DNA of 64,000 bases from Chrysomallon squamiferum (GCA_012295275.1 CM022673.1:28272001-28336000); one strand, 5' to 3'. Positions 1 to 30,888 are shown, counted from the stretch's first letter. Program-made: numbers and translations. The notes: a model not told the origin generated them from the letters alone.

Positions 1-16028
<16,028 letters not shown>

Positions 16029-16171
16029 CTTTGTTAAAAAGCTGTGTTTTTTTGTATGTTTGTGTGTAATGGTCTATCATTTTTTATTAACCTTTATTTA
16101 ATTTAAAGCTTAGCAAATAAATTATATACACAGTCATTAAACGTTTCGTGGAAGCAAACTCTTACAAAGAT

Positions 16172-16177
16172 AATAAA
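16172..16177 (+). terminator. Candidate polyadenylation signal (alternative AATAAA at 16556)
   Basis: AATAAA about 145 nt after the stop codon; the hexamer is common in this AT-rich DNA. Confidence 0.35.
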
Positions 16178-16390
16178 TTGTAAGTAAAAACTGTATCATT
16201 AACATAATTATGTTTATCAGAATATAAATGAAAAAAAAAAAAAAAAAAAAAAGTCGTCAACAACAACAAAAACAAATTGTTTTTAATTTTATGATGAATT
16301 TAAAATTCAAAATAATGATGATAATTTCTTTTTGTTGTTAAATATAAAATTTTGTATCAATATTTTATCAATTTGTTGTGTAAAATCAGT

Positions 16391-16435
<45 letters not shown>

Positions 16436-17658
16436 TAAAATTATTATTTTGGGGCATGAGAAGTACCCGCAGATACAAATGAATGAATTATTTCATTTAG
16501 CTTATATTGCTACTGAACTGAATTGTACATCTTGTATTTCAATACACTTTTAATTAATAAAATGTTCATAAATTATTAATTTTAGAATGTTGTGTTTTAT
16601 ATCTTTAATATTATTTATTTATTTATCTATTTATACGTCCATTGAGAACACAAAAATATTTCCTGCGAGAAACCCCATCTTCATTAAAGGTTCAGGGATG
16701 TGTAAGATACACAATGTTGTTGTTCCTTTTCTCTCGTTCAGTCAATACAATGAAAAGCACTGCATGAGACACAGTCTCCGCAAAATGTTACATAAGCCTG
16801 AGTATCTTTCACCTACATTATCGCTTCCTATCTTGTTTTATATATACTGTAATCAAATGCATGTATATATTTACCTATGTGTGTCTATGTGACTGTGAGT
16901 GCGCGCGCGATAATATTTGTGTGTGTGTGTATGTGTGTTTAAGATTGTTTATGTATTCAGAGAAAAAAGTTAAATAGTCACTTTTTTAATTTTCAAAAAG
17001 CTTGTAACCGATCAGTACTTGACAACAATTTTTACTGCATACAAATCATGTTTTAGTGCGGTTTTGGGGTTTGTGTTTTCCTGTTTGATACATCGGTAAG
17101 TGCAGGAGGTGACATTAGTACTTGCATGACCTGAAATGTGAATTAAAAACGCACAAGAAAAAACCTTTTTAACATTTTCAAATTTATCTATATTGTTGCC
17201 AAGGAAAGGGCAACATATCGCACTAAAGTATATTATTGTATTATATGTGGTTTACAGTCGGTAGACTTTATTGACTGATTTGAGTAACAAAATTTAAAAT
17301 TATCTATTTTGATATTTTCTCCAGTTGACAGATGGAAGTTGGATAAATTTAAATGTCATCTAAGTCGATATACATTGCAAGTTCTAAATCAGCTTTGGAA
17401 CGTGTCCACTGAATTTCTGATTCACTTATGTTATTTCTGAGCGTCCATATATTTGTCTGCCTATCTCAATACCTGCATTGTAATACGCTATTAACACCCA
17501 CGTACAGTTTTGCACTTAGATACATAACAGTGACCCTAAAATCGCAGACACAAACTAACACAAAATCATATACTAGAGATAATAATAACTCTTTTTTTTG
17601 TTTCTTATTGTTACAGTGCTTGCTTGACTTTATTTCTTTATAAGTACCTAATAATATA

Positions 17659-17768
<110 letters not shown>

Positions 17769-18504
17769 TCTCTCTCACCTATCTATCTACTTCTCTATCT
17801 ATCTATATACTTCATTTTCTATCCCTGATTCTTTAGATTCTGAAAATACGTCCAAAAGAAGAAGACATCTTAATGAATCTGACAATATAACAATAACAGC
17901 AAAATTTGTTCCTAGATTTCAAATTCCCAAAATAATAAATATTGAAATATTAAGTTATGTCATAATTATTGCTACAACGGCTCATGTGATGACATGCGTA
18001 TGTCTACGTAATTGCAGGCAAAAAATTAAAAATAAATAAATAAATAATAATAATATTAATAAAAAATTAAATTAAATCGATATCACGAATGGATAATGCA
18101 CTTGTACCTAACTTGATGAACCATTTATGTTGATGGAAATATCGAAGAATGCGTTCTTCGCTTAGCAAGTTAGATAAGCTTATACAACCTTTTTTATTTT
18201 TCCCCCTTGTTTCGTTATTTTTTATTTCAGATGTTCGATAATGCTTGAATGAGTATAGGGATATATAAACACTGTTGAACATGTTAATCTAAATTAGGTA
18301 CAATATCGATGAATAAATATTTGTAAGTAATTTGCAATGTTTACCTTTCAGAATTGAAATATATATTTAGTTATGCAATAAAGTTTTGAATTTACAAACA
18401 ACAAATGAAACACAAAAAACATAAAAAAATACCTCATTATAATAAACATTAATTCATGTCCCTTTGTCCTGTTTGAATAGGGCAAAAGATAATAGAAAGC
18501 AAAC

Positions 18505-18535
<31 letters not shown>

Positions 18536-18649
18536 TACATTTTATTTTCGTAATGGATGTTTTATATCACTAACTTTTAACATGATTACTCTGTCGATAT
18601 TTACTTTAGATTCTTTTTACTTTGATTTTAGTATTGCTGCTTTTATTCT

Positions 18650-18800
18650 GTATGTATATATGTATGTATGTATGTATTTATGTATGTATGTATGTATATC
18701 TATGTATATGTATTATGTATGTATGTATGTATGTATGTATGTATGTATGTATGTATGTATGTATGTATGTATGTATGTATGTATGTATGTATGTATGTAT
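18650..18800. repeat. (TATG)n microsatellite
   Basis: Direct observation. Confidence 0.95.
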
Positions 18801-19024
18801 GCGTAGATACGTTTGTATGTTATTTTTCCTTTGTTCGTCTAATGCATATCATTCGTGGAATCTAATAAATATTTCTGTGAGGAGCATGGGATGTGTGAAA
18901 TCGCTGGACGCCACTCCCTTGGCGAGTAGGTTGAAACGCCTCGCGTCCGGGAAACAATTAAACAGCCAGAATTAATTTATTTACCAAACATCGGGCAGAT
19001 GTTCTTCTTCTTTATAGTCTGGCA

Positions 19025-19101
<77 letters not shown>

Positions 19102-19149
19102 GTCTCTCTCTCTCTGTCTCTCTCTCTCTCTATCTCTCTCTGTCTCTCT

Positions 19150-19430
19150 CTCTCTCGATCTGCAGGTAGGTGTGTATGTTTTCGAATCAGGTCTGAAAAA
19201 ACGATCATGCTTCGACCCTGGTCAGGTACACGTATCAGGGCGCGGCCCACAACAGACATGCGGGGAATGCACTTATCTCTAACAGCTTGCAGATATCATC
19301 AGAGCGTTTGGCCGCTAAAGAGCAGGTGTTGGTAATAGAAAACAAAATAGCTGTCACAGAGAGGCTGGCACGTGGAAAACGGCGCGCTGCAGATAGCGTT
19401 ATATAAGATTAATAATAACAAGCGCAACCC
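19150..19430 (+). promoter_or_regulatory. Candidate distal promoter of the Hv-like gene
   Basis: CpG-rich island with E-boxes (CAGGTG 19323, CACGTG 19369), GATA-like sites and TATATAAG at 19400, about 80 bp upstream of a GTAAGT donor. Confidence 0.5.
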
Positions 19431-19479
19431 GCTCTGCCCTTGTCGACAGAGAGAAACAGAAACATTCGTTAGTGTGGAT
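19430..19479 (+). other. Candidate non-coding first exon (5' UTR); start approximate
   Basis: Begins about 30 bp after the TATA and ends at GGAT|GTAAGT (19480). A pyrimidine-rich intron follows, ending ttccag at 19761. Confidence 0.45.
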
Positions 19480-19761
19480 GTAAGTTACGGGTAACGACCC
19501 GCGTTACAAGAAGTAAAATAGAAATGTGTGTAATAACTTCGAATGTTTCTGCTACGTGATGGCGTTATCAGCTTGTTAAATCTACTTTTTTTTTTTTTGC
19601 TTTTATTATATATATTCTTTTTTGTTTCTTTTGTTTCTTTTTTTTTTTTAAATTTTTCTCGTTTACTTCTTATCAGATTTTCTTATCATTCACTTTTATT
19701 TACTAGCATTTTCATCTGTGATGTTTTATGCCTTATCTTATTAAACTTTATCCCATTCCAG

Positions 19762-19781
19762 GTATTACCAGCCAGGCCATG
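19762..19781 (+). CDS. Candidate 20-nt exon ending in the initiator ATG (19779-19781) of the Hv-like gene, short isoform
   Basis: cccattccag|gtattaccagccaggccATG|gtgagt; Kozak-like gccATG and a strong phase-0 donor compatible with the exon at 59323. Confidence 0.5.
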
Positions 19782-19861
19782 GTGAGTGCATTCCTGTGTA
19801 CTGGAAGAAATTTCTGTTACACACACTTAGATCTCTCTCTCTCTGACTGTCTGTCTGTCTG

Positions 19862-19984
<123 letters not shown>

Positions 19985-20473
19985 TTAAAACAATAAATAA
20001 ATATTTCCTTTTCAGTTATTCATTGATGCAAAATTATACATTTTTATGAAGATGCCAGATATATAATATGACTTTTCATTGAACTGTTATGAAACATACA
20101 AAGATTAAACATCTGACTGGAACAAAAATATCTCTGGAATTCCTAGGGCAGATCTAAAGTTCTGAACATTCAATAAGATGTTTAAACAACTCTAACAATA
20201 GTTTTCAGATGTTATGTATTATGAGGCAGTATTAGCTCTTCGGGGCTCTTCTTGTAATTAAGATGGCTTTACTATTACCTAAAGACTAATTCCTTGGACG
20301 CGAGAACAGCAGCTACTGTTTAAGACTGGATATGAATAGATGACTAAATAATGAGAGAGAACATGTTTTGGTGTTAATGTTCTTAAAACGTTGCATTTTA
20401 AATGTGACTTAAGTACGAAGAAATAGCTCAAACTCAAGGCCATATTTTAGATTAATTTGCGTAGCCTTAAACC

Positions 20474-20596
<123 letters not shown>

Positions 20597-21408
20597 CTCT
20601 CTGTGTGTATATGTCTTTTTTTCTTTAATTTTTTTTGGTCTCTTTCTTTCAGTGTATCATTTCCTCACTTTGATGAATCGTTATAAATAATAACACACAT
20701 AAACCACAAAAGTGAAACGGGGACATTAAAGCAAATACTCACAAACAGTAAATAAAGATTATACATGCAATGAAATGGTGCGCGAGTTTTATTCCCTCGG
20801 TTTTTAATGGATATTTTATTTTACCGCAGCAGCCAAAGTGATTTCACTAAACTGCACAAAACCCACTCAGTGAAGTACTGACCTCGCCTTCGTTCGTGAT
20901 GACTTTCTATTCCAGATTCAGACCATGCTCGGTGAATTCTTCTTCTCAAATAATTGCACAGACTGCTTTAGTGAGATATGTAAACACGTTATCTAACACA
21001 GTGAAAAAAACAAACAAACGTCATACACCGGCTATAATTATTCATGCTCAGAAAAGAACAAAAGAGTTCGCTTCCATCTTATTGTTCGGTCATTCGGAAA
21101 AAATAAAAATAGAAAGAGTATTATTTCGACCTTGTTGCTGAAAGCTCTTTTTTTGTCTTTTTGTGGTTCAGTTTTTACAAAATTGCTTTAGCGATATGGC
21201 TTGTAGAGCTTGAACGCAACGAAAACTCCCACGGGCATTGGCCTTACATAATTATCGATTGTATGTCAGCTTAGATACAAACAAATCATTATACGTTAGA
21301 AAAACAACAAAGTGTCTCTGCCAGATTGTGTAAGAAATCCTACCTAGTAATTTGGAAAAGTGAGGGGAGGATTAATGAGTTTTCTTCTAGGACATTCTTT
21401 ATGTCTTC

Positions 21409-21449
<41 letters not shown>

Positions 21450-21521
21450 ATAATAATTTCGGATATTTTATTTTACTAACTTTACTGTTAATATCTTCTT
21501 ATTTTATCTAAGTATATCTGT

Positions 21522-21594
21522 GTATGTATGTATGTATGTATGTATGTATGTATGTATGTATGTATGTATGTATGTATGTATGTATGTATGTATG

Positions 21595-21630
<36 letters not shown>

Positions 21631-21780
21631 CACACCCACACATACATACACGCACAAATATATGAATTCGTGAATGTTTGTTTGTATGTATATATGTATG
21701 TATGTATGTACACACACCCACACATACATACACGCACAAATATATGAATTCGTGAATGTTTGTTTGTATGTATGTATGTA
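21522..21780. repeat. (TATG)n microsatellite followed by an ~82-bp tandem duplication
   Basis: cacacccacacatacatacacgcacaaatatatgaattcgtgaatgtttgtttgtatg occurs at 21631 and 21713. Confidence 0.9.
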
Positions 21781-21941
21781 CTACGTATGTATTATGCATT
21801 ATGCATGTTTTAGGTATGTGTTATGTATATGCATGTATGAATGTATTTGTGTATATATATGCATGTTTGTTTCTGTGTATGTATGAATGCATGTTTGCAT
21901 GTATCTCTCTCTTTACCCCTCTCTTCCTCTCTGACTGCACG

Positions 21942-21982
<41 letters not shown>

Positions 21983-24900
21983 TCACAGACATACATAGAT
22001 ATGCATATATATAAAGTAAACTTAGTTAACAAAAAGTGCTGGTATATAATTTTTTAACGGATCATTCACATTTAATTTATTTTTCAGAAAAGTTTGGAAT
22101 TAGACGTATATTCAGATATATATTGTTAAATTTTATTTTGTCCTATTTTTTCTCTATCCTTCTTTCCGCTTCTTATTCACCAAGAACTAAAGATAACACC
22201 TACCATATTTATTTTAGAATTGGAAAGATCGGCTAGCAGTCATTTTGTTAAATAAGAAAGATATGTACAGCACCTCGCAGAATTGACATAATTAAGAAAC
22301 GTCTTTCGGGACGAAAGATATCTCAAACAGAAAACAAAGCTTCGGATCCAGTCCGTTATCTGTTGTAAAAACCACCGAACTAGATGTGGAAATAGGTTTT
22401 TATTATGTCTCTGTTGACAAAAAAAGAAATTCTTTTATTTGTGGCGTGATATATGTACAGAAATACATTTTCAGTTCGACATTAATTGGTTTTGTTATAT
22501 CAAACATAGTATGTGAATAATTTCACTGGAAGGATCTTAGCTGTTTGAAATATGTTATCCCTAAAATTTAGAAGTGTAACCTGTTTTACTGTCTTGTGTT
22601 GTAAGTGTAAATTTGTTCATTGTCTGACTGATTTTATTTGGATTGTAGAAGTTTAACTTGTCTAACCGTTCGATTGCTGGTTCGCGATATAGACGATTTT
22701 ATCAGAAGTTTGTTTTAGCTTATCAACGATAACATTTTGTGCTAAACTGTCACTATTGATTCTGTTCTTAAACAAACAAATAACAATATCTGACGAACAA
22801 TCAAAGTAATGAAATTCCAACAGTAGCAAATAAATGAACAAAAGAACGAACAGAAAGATAAGTGAATAAAAATCAGAAACAACTAAATAAATTGAGAAAT
22901 GTAAGTAAGTATATAAGTAAATAAATAACTAAATAAATAAAGCAGTTTGACATGATTTCTAAAAGGTGAAAAGTAAAAGAAAAAAGAAAAAGAGTAGAAA
23001 ATACTCCAGTTACAGAACTTTTAATACAATTCTATTAGTTACAATATATAATTACTATTAGTTTTACTTATTGCTCTCTGATTCTACATATCTCTTTAAA
23101 ACATTTCTGTCTTGTTATTATATTTTCATGACTGACGTTAACAACGTCTTTCGTTAAGACGTTTTCAGAAGAGAAAACTAAAAGGAACAAAACAACATAT
23201 TTATGTAAAAGTCCTGTGACACCAAAATCGTAAACATTAGGGACTCGATGTCCGGAGTGAAGATGGCCGTCTTCATCTAACAAACAAGATGTTTGTGGGT
23301 CTATTCTGAGGCCAGACATTACAGGGCAAGCGGGTTGTTGAGGTCAGATTAATATTGACTCACCACTCGAAGCTAGCCGCAGAATTCATCAATATTCTAA
23401 AAGACTGATGGAAATTTTCAGAAAAAAAATAGAAAAAGACAAAAAGAACAGAAAGACAAAAGAAAAAAGGACAACAGTTTCTTTACGAAGTATAGGACAT
23501 CATTATAATGTTCTAAATGGCGATTAAAAAAAAAAGAAATAATTATGAAATATGAAAGAGACAACTAAGATAGTACAATTTTAATAAACATTATTATTCT
23601 GTTGACAGCGAACTATTCTCATTGCATTTCTGTTAATGCTGGTACCTTTCTGCGATCCTTTCTTCGTTATGTTTTTTTGTTCTGTTTTTAACAACTCAGA
23701 GACAGTTAAATATAACTCGCAGCAGACATTCTATATGTTGTGGTTCTCATTGTTGAAGTGAACATGTTTTGTTTTCTTTGGCTTTCTTATCATTGTTATA
23801 AACACCATAACCAATATACCAATGGAGATTGCTATCACAATGCTTGTCAACATCGTGAGTACGTAGAATGCAGATTAATTCGGCGACAGCGTTTCCTCTT
23901 GATCTTGCCATTAAGGACACTTACTCATCACCATCACCATTACCGTAGTATAAATTATGCAGTTTGCATTCTTGATCAGCGGGCTTTTGACGAGAATACA
24001 CACATTCGACCATCCTTGACATCCAAGCCTGGAAATTAAAAACGGCTCATATTTAATTTTAATTTTGATGTATTTTTTTTGAAGAAAAATTCCACCTACC
24101 TAAATAAATAAAACGAGGACTGTGCTGATGATTAATTAAGTGTCATTAAAATGATTCAGAACGACGAACGTACTACTTACACCTGAACTGCTCTTAATCA
24201 CTACAACTAGCATTCTTACAACAGCAACAACAACAACTACTACTGCTGCTTCTACTGCTACTAACACACCAACTACTGTTAATTCTACTACTATTTCAAC
24301 TGCGATTCCTACTATTATTTGTTAATGAAAACAAGGTAGATAGGTAGAGAGAAAAAGAATGTGAGAGAAAGAGAAACAAAGAGTCAGACAGATATATGTT
24401 TCTGTGTGTGTGTGTGTGTCTTGTGTGCGTGTGCGTGTGTGTGTGAGTGTATAGTTGGACACAAACACAGATACACTGACAGGCAAATAAAGAAAAAAGG
24501 ACAGAAAAGCAGGAACGAAAGATAAACATAAAAAATTAAAATTATATATCGTCTTTTTTTTCTCCTACTTGGACAGCTGTGATACCTGCTACGTTTTCTT
24601 CTGGGACATCGAGTGATTGATCAATATCTATTATAATGGAGACATTCGTGCCTGCATCTAAATTTAAAACAAATACGTGTCTTAGCCAATCTGTACTTAA
24701 TCGTCACTGTTTATTCTCGCATTCGTCATCGACCACATAGCGATTTATCCGACATAACGACGTACTGAGGTTAAAGATATGACGTTGGTAAGACAACCGT
24801 AAAGCTAATTTGATGCTTGTGATAAAGAAAAAAGCTATTTGCTTAAGTTTTCGTCGTATATGTAAATATGGTAACTAAGTCCTGGGCTTTTTGGGCTGAA

Positions 24901-24985
24901 CGTTAGAAAACGTGATTCAGAGATCAAGAAATTTGTAAAACTGATTTCTTTTGAAGCTTATTAATAATATTTGGGCATGAAATAT

Positions 24986-24990
<5 letters not shown>

Positions 24991-25076
<86 letters not shown>
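24991..25076. repeat. (GA)n microsatellite
   Basis: Direct observation. Confidence 0.95.
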
Positions 25077-25079
<3 letters not shown>

Positions 25080-25743
25080 CCACTAAACTCTTTTGATGGA
25101 GGTCACTAACGGATAAAAGTTCAAAATCCTGACTGTGTTATTTTCAGTATCTTTTACTGCAAAAGGTTTTTAGAATAGAAACACATTTTTTTTCTTTTTT
25201 TTTTGTGCTTTCTATTTTCTTTTTCTTTTTATTCCAGAGGATAATCAGAAGGCCTGAAGGTTCGTGCGTCGTTTTTATCCATTACGGTCTGTTTTCAAAA
25301 GGTTTTGCTGATTATTGGTAAAAATCACTCATCGATTCTCGCCGTTAAAAATAGAGAGGAAAAAAAAAGAAAGAAAAAATCAGGATAAAAAAAAAAAAAA
25401 AAAAAAAAAAATTTAAAAAAGTTTTCATTGCACATTAAACTGCATTCGTTCCAGATTAATGGAAGGCGGCTGAGAACAAACTCATCGAAAATTCTGCGAC
25501 AAAAAATCGATTGTGCAGACCAAAGACATTGCGGTGCGAAGAAATAAAGAAGAAGAAACAGAAAAAAGAATGGAGCAAGATTTTCGGAAATGATCACGGC
25601 TAATTTGGCGTAAATAAACACACACGAGACGGCGAATCGATGAAGAAGACATTCATTTGCTTAGATCAACCGCACATCATAGATATGTGAAATGTGGACG
25701 GGCGATATCTTGTATTCAATTACGAAAGCGGCCACGAGGGCGG

Positions 25744-25753
25744 CCAAATATGG
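25744..25753. promoter_or_regulatory. CArG box (CCAAATATGG) in a CpG-rich intronic island
   Basis: Perfect CC(A/T)6GG within the GC-enriched, repeat-free block 25600-26040. Confidence 0.3.
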
Positions 25754-26652
25754 GGGAAATTTTGTTAAGGGACAGATTTGAGAGTTGCCTGTTTCCAAAT
25801 TGGTTTCCCATCACTCAGCATTGATCCGGGGGACGGAGCGAATGACAGGGAGTCGCGTGTGTAAATAAGATTGTCGAGAAGAGACGGGAGTCGCTCGGAA
25901 TTTACGGTCTACAGCGGAGCGGTTATGATCATAACACCCGCCTTATAATTACATGATTTCGATTTGCTGAAATTCAATATGTCTGCCGGTAATTATTTAA
26001 TGGTGCTCATTTACGTCTGCAGTGCATAATGGCAAATTAAATAGTGAAGAAAAGATGAAAGAAGAGCAAACAGTGCACGGAGAACAAAACAGAATAAAGT
26101 AATAATGTCTAGAAAGATAATTTAATAGATAATTATGCTGCTAATATTTCGAGTGTAAGATCTTGAGATAAAAGAAGCCAAGGAATGAGGTTCAAACGGG
26201 GGAAAACAAAAAAAGATATAATAAAAAAAAAAAAAAAACGAAAAGTAAACTAAATTGTTTTTTTCTCCTTTTTTTTTTTTCCTGTTATGATCTACCTCAT
26301 TAACAATGCTGTTTGTTTTAAAATTCGGATGACAGATAGCTAGGAGTCAAATTAAGTTAAAACTGTAAATAATAATCAATATACTTGTAGAGAAATGATT
26401 TTTCATTAAGAAATTGACCTAGAATGAATGAATGAATGAATGAATAAACACTTAATGAAACGTTAACACATTTGACTAATGACAGTTATTAAATGTCATA
26501 ATACGTTTCATTATAAATATATAACGACGGCAAGCGCTTGTTTATTGATTAGTCACAAAGGAACTGTTGTATATTCGTTTCTGTTGGCAGCAAAACACAA
26601 ACGATCTCTTTCTGTCTTTTTTTTATTATTCTCTCTCTCTCTCTCTCTATCG

Positions 26653-26684
<32 letters not shown>

Positions 26685-27513
26685 AACTCTCTCTCACATA
26701 TACAAAAACAAAGAAATTAAAAAATAATTAAAAATAAATAAACAGATAAATCAAATTTAAAAGGAAGCCATTATGAATTGCTTTGGACGGGAAGAGCAGA
26801 AAGGGGTTTTCAAAGGATCGCCGATCCAGTAGACTTATTCGAATGTATTCTGCGGCTCACTGGATCCATGCACTAAGTAATCATTGTGATAGTTAGTGTA
26901 CAGTGCAGACCAGAGATTGTCTCCAGATTGCTGCTTAATTTCAGAAGTTATTTACGTAGTTCGTTAGCGACAATGCCATTGGACTTTTTCCCTTCCAAAC
27001 ATAATAATTACTCAAAGTTCGCGTCCATACGTCTTTATGTTTCTAATACACAGAGCGAGTTATATCCCGCAGTTTATTTTACTGATGATAGAAATTAATT
27101 TTATCTGAAAGAGAATTCTGATGAAGCCTTCATGTTTTATTATATAGAATAGTTTTGATCATTTATATTTCGAAATTTGGGTCTTATCGGAGAAAAGTCA
27201 GTTTCTCAGAAATTAATCTTCTTCTTCTTCCTTGTTTTCTCTCGAATTTAGTTTAACCAACTCTTATCATAAAGTTTTCGATACAATGTAAAACTTTAGG
27301 GAAACTTAGTATTATAAGAAAGCAAAGAGTAATTGTAATCGATAGTAAAGACTCAGGTAGGAGTTTTCGTGTATGACATTTTTTCTTGGATTTCTGACAT
27401 GATTCAGTGTCAAGACATGTAATGGTCTGTTTGTCTGTTTTTGTGACCTCCCATTGAGACAAAGAAAAAACAAATTCAACTCACCTTTCAAGTAAACAAA
27501 CGCCGTGGAATTA

Positions 27514-27538
27514 TGACGTCACAATTGTTTTGACGTCA
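27514..27538. promoter_or_regulatory. Twin palindromic CRE/ATF motifs (TGACGTCA x2)
   Basis: TGACGTCA at 27514-27521 and 27531-27538; function unproven. Confidence 0.35.
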
Positions 27539-28037
27539 TGTATGGAATGAAAACACTTTTAATTTTTTTTTGCCATGGACGTAGGTTAAAATAAAACATG
27601 TATTTTCCTGTTTTCGATGCTCTCAAGAAATGTTTGTCGAATTTACAAGGCCCTACTTTTGTCTTCTACTTGTTTAAAATGGTTTATGAACTGGAAAACT
27701 GATTTGAAAGGTAAGTGTGCTAAATCGTTATTGTGGTAATACTGTGATGCAAGGCAGTTTGTGGATTATCAGAACTTCATTTGAAACAGCTTCATTTGAA
27801 ACAGCTCAGATGTCTGATACATGACATGAAATCATGGCTTTATTTTTCTGAACGTTGATTAGGTAAAAAAGTGACGTTATTATATCATCACACGTTACTG
27901 ATGATGTTAACACTGAACGAACCGCTGAAATTTGTATAGTTTGCACTGTAATCAAGCTATTTTGTTTTATCCCCATAGACTATTATTCGATATAAGACTT
28001 GTACTATATTATAGTATATAGCATATCCGTTTCGACA

Positions 28038-28120
28038 GTTAAGCTTTATCGGGATAATACTGAATCTAAAGATATGAGTGTTAAATTTGTTTCGATTTGT
28101 GGTATTTGTGTGCATATATG

Positions 28121-28160
<40 letters not shown>

Positions 28161-28175
28161 TGTGTGCTTGTGTGC

Positions 28176-28200
<25 letters not shown>
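28038..28200 (+). repeat. Left arm of long-range inverted repeat (unique ~90 bp plus (TG)n)
   Basis: gttaagctttatcgggataatactgaatctaaagatatgagtgttaaatttgtttcgatttgtggtatttgtgtgcatatatgttagtgtg is the reverse complement of about 37665-37757 with few mismatches. Confidence 0.9.
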
Positions 28201-28206
<6 letters not shown>

Positions 28207-29024
28207 ACATGCACAACATGAATGAATTTTCATTTCTTTCGATTTTCCTGTCATGTTATATTGAGGGTCACAAATTCTTTTGATCTCTTAAAGCTAACAA
28301 GATATGTATTAACCATGGTTTATTTTTTTTTTTATTTTTTTTTTTTCATTTATTTCCAAAAGCTAATGTAAAATTTGAATTCTCGTCAAATGAATTTATC
28401 ATTTAAGGTGCTAAAAACCAGTAATGAAATAGAGCGGTCGATAAAAATCGAAGCGATCCATTAACGTAAACGATCCAGTACCAGAGGTTGACTCAAAAAG
28501 TTAGTTAACACATTTTTATTTTTATTTTTTATTTTTTTTTTTTTCACACGGGCCTGAATACGTGTCCGCAAGCAGTTGTAGTGACCTCTGAACCGGCTAC
28601 ATCGGCCACTGGCGTTGCCTTTGGGTGTCTTGTCTCTTCGCCATTAGAGCAACCCTCGTTTCTAGAATACGGCTAATACGGGAAACTCCGTTTAATAACA
28701 TAATAATATTACAAATGGCCGGCGGTTATTGAATTCTGTTCAGCCACGTTTAGCAGTCACTTTAAGTTAAAACGGGAGAGCGACTGGTCGGGTGAAAAAG
28801 ACATGTCCACTAATACTCATGTGTTCTAATGCTTTTTGTAGACGGCTTCACGACTAGGTTCAATACGCGCTCTGCGTTGAAAAGTTACTTTCGGAATAAA
28901 TTTAGAAAAAGCAAATGTTTAAGGCTGCGACTCGACACTTCATAAATTATAGAATAGAAGAAACGACAGGACTGCCGCATTTTGACTTCAAACGCAAGAT
29001 GAAGGAGCTAAGATGAACTGCTGC

Positions 29025-29305
29025 TGGATCAGTCGTCTTTTCTAGATCCACTGGGACATTTCCCGTTCCAGCCAGAGCTCTACGTCCAGTTTACTAAAGG
29101 CCGTGGCATGTGCTCTGCTTTCTGTTGGAAACTGCGCATAAAACATCTCTTGAAGCTAATAAGACAAAGTCGCCTTTTGCTTGGCGGCAACGGATTCGTC
29201 TCATTATTTGTACGGTCGTTAACCATTATTATGTCTTAGGTCATATAACTGTGGATTCAAAATGTCTTGTATGATCGACAAATAAAATATTTCTCCCTTC
29301 CTCTT
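29025..29305 (+). mobile_element. Degenerate SINE copy (MetaSINE-like central domain plus 3' tail)
   Basis: Contains cgttccagccag..aaaggccgtggcatgtgct..ctgt..gcataaaa..gctaat..ggcggcaacgg..aaataaaatatttc, matching from recall a common gastropod SINE consensus; a second inverted copy lies at about 41250. Confidence 0.6.
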
Positions 29306-30778
29306 TCATTAATACTGGTACTTCTAGTTCTGTAACATCCACAGCTATTGCAACTAACATTATTATTAATGAAATAATAATAATATTTCTACCATGCTGC
29401 AGTTTTATCCGTAGCTACAAAATATATTCTTTGCAGTGACCTTGCCTGAGAAAACTGAAAGGTCGGTGCACCTATTCTGGCAGGACATGCAGTTGTAAAA
29501 GCAGCAGTAGTTGCGTGTTCGTCTATTTCTCATTAGTAGGCGTTTTGGCAGCGTTCCACTGTGAGCTTCTTTGCGAGAAAAGATTTGTCTTTAAGCAGTG
29601 TTGCATTTTCAGAGGATTACGACACATTCCATTACTATTACAACCTCTTTTTACAGCAGGATTAAGGCTCGTTCTCTTGTGACTGATGAATAAAACACAT
29701 CATTACGACAAACTGCGTATGAACCGCGTTATTAACGGCTCTCGGAGCCTTCAAGTGGCAGCAATTCCCTGCTTACCGCGGACGTATTTCCACCGAATTC
29801 CGCTGACGACTCTGAGCCTTATGACGTATCCGTTTTTGTCAAAATCTTCTCCAGACTGTGAATGAGCTCTGTATGTCAAGAGTTAAATGTCGGACGACAT
29901 CGCTAATTTTTGTTGTTCTTTTTTTTTTTTTTCGAAATCCAGCATATGTACTCGATACAGATATCTTAAATAAATCGGTTATTGACTTCTTCAGATACTC
30001 TATTTCTCTTCCAGTCATTTCCCTACTATAGGACAATTTTTTTTTTTTTTTTTTCCATTCAAATTAAGAGAAAAACAAATGTTTTGGTGTAAACTGAAAC
30101 ACAAATTCATCTGACCCGTTAGAACAATGTTAATGCCTGCGAAGTTTGCTTGTTTGATAATGTTAACGTCATAGTTATAATTATAGGAGAAAGAAAAATA
30201 TTTAAAAAGAAGGAAACTCTGCTAGGTACACGTAGACTAAGACTATGCCGGTGACACTACACATTCAGCCCAGTGGTATCGAATTCATCAAACGTTCCTC
30301 CTGAATACATCATGGATTAAACTGGAATTTTAAAATGAAAACTGCCTTTAAGTTGTCTCACTGTTCGAAGTCAGCTTCGTCCCAGTTGATGTAGTATCTC
30401 ACCCACGCTCGATCAGGAGATATGCTGGATCTGTTTTACCACAACTGATATCCGGGAGCTAAACCATATCATTGATTTTGGAAAAATACCTAGACAGTTC
30501 GGCAAACGTCGCAGATCTGTTTCAATTTTAATTCCACTTGCAACAACATAACTGGGGGAAGTCGACCAGACGGAATAGCACTCCTGTGGTTTTTTGGTTG
30601 TTAAATGACAAATCATTTCACATCTTATTTATTGGTTCAAGGTTTACATCATAACTTGTAGATCTGAATCTATCTCCCGTTCTTTCCGTTTCTTTATCTT
30701 TTCTCTTTCTTTTCCATCGATTATTTTTCTTTTTCTTTCATTCTTTCTTTCTTTTTTCTATATATCTCTCTCTTCATT

Positions 30779-30796
30779 TATCTATCTATCTATCTA

Positions 30797-30862
<66 letters not shown>

Positions 30863-30888
30863 ACTATCTATCTATCTATCTATCTATT

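Noticed and set aside
23238-23320. Possible tRNA-derived SINE head or tRNA
   Set aside because: A and B boxes are too degenerate and no cloverleaf is evident.
23822-23854. ATG-initiated 11 codons (MEIAITMLVNI) ending at a phase-0 GTGAGT donor, a possible further first exon
   Set aside because: Sits in degenerate ATC/ACC low-complexity sequence with a weak Kozak context and no clear promoter; chance cannot be excluded.
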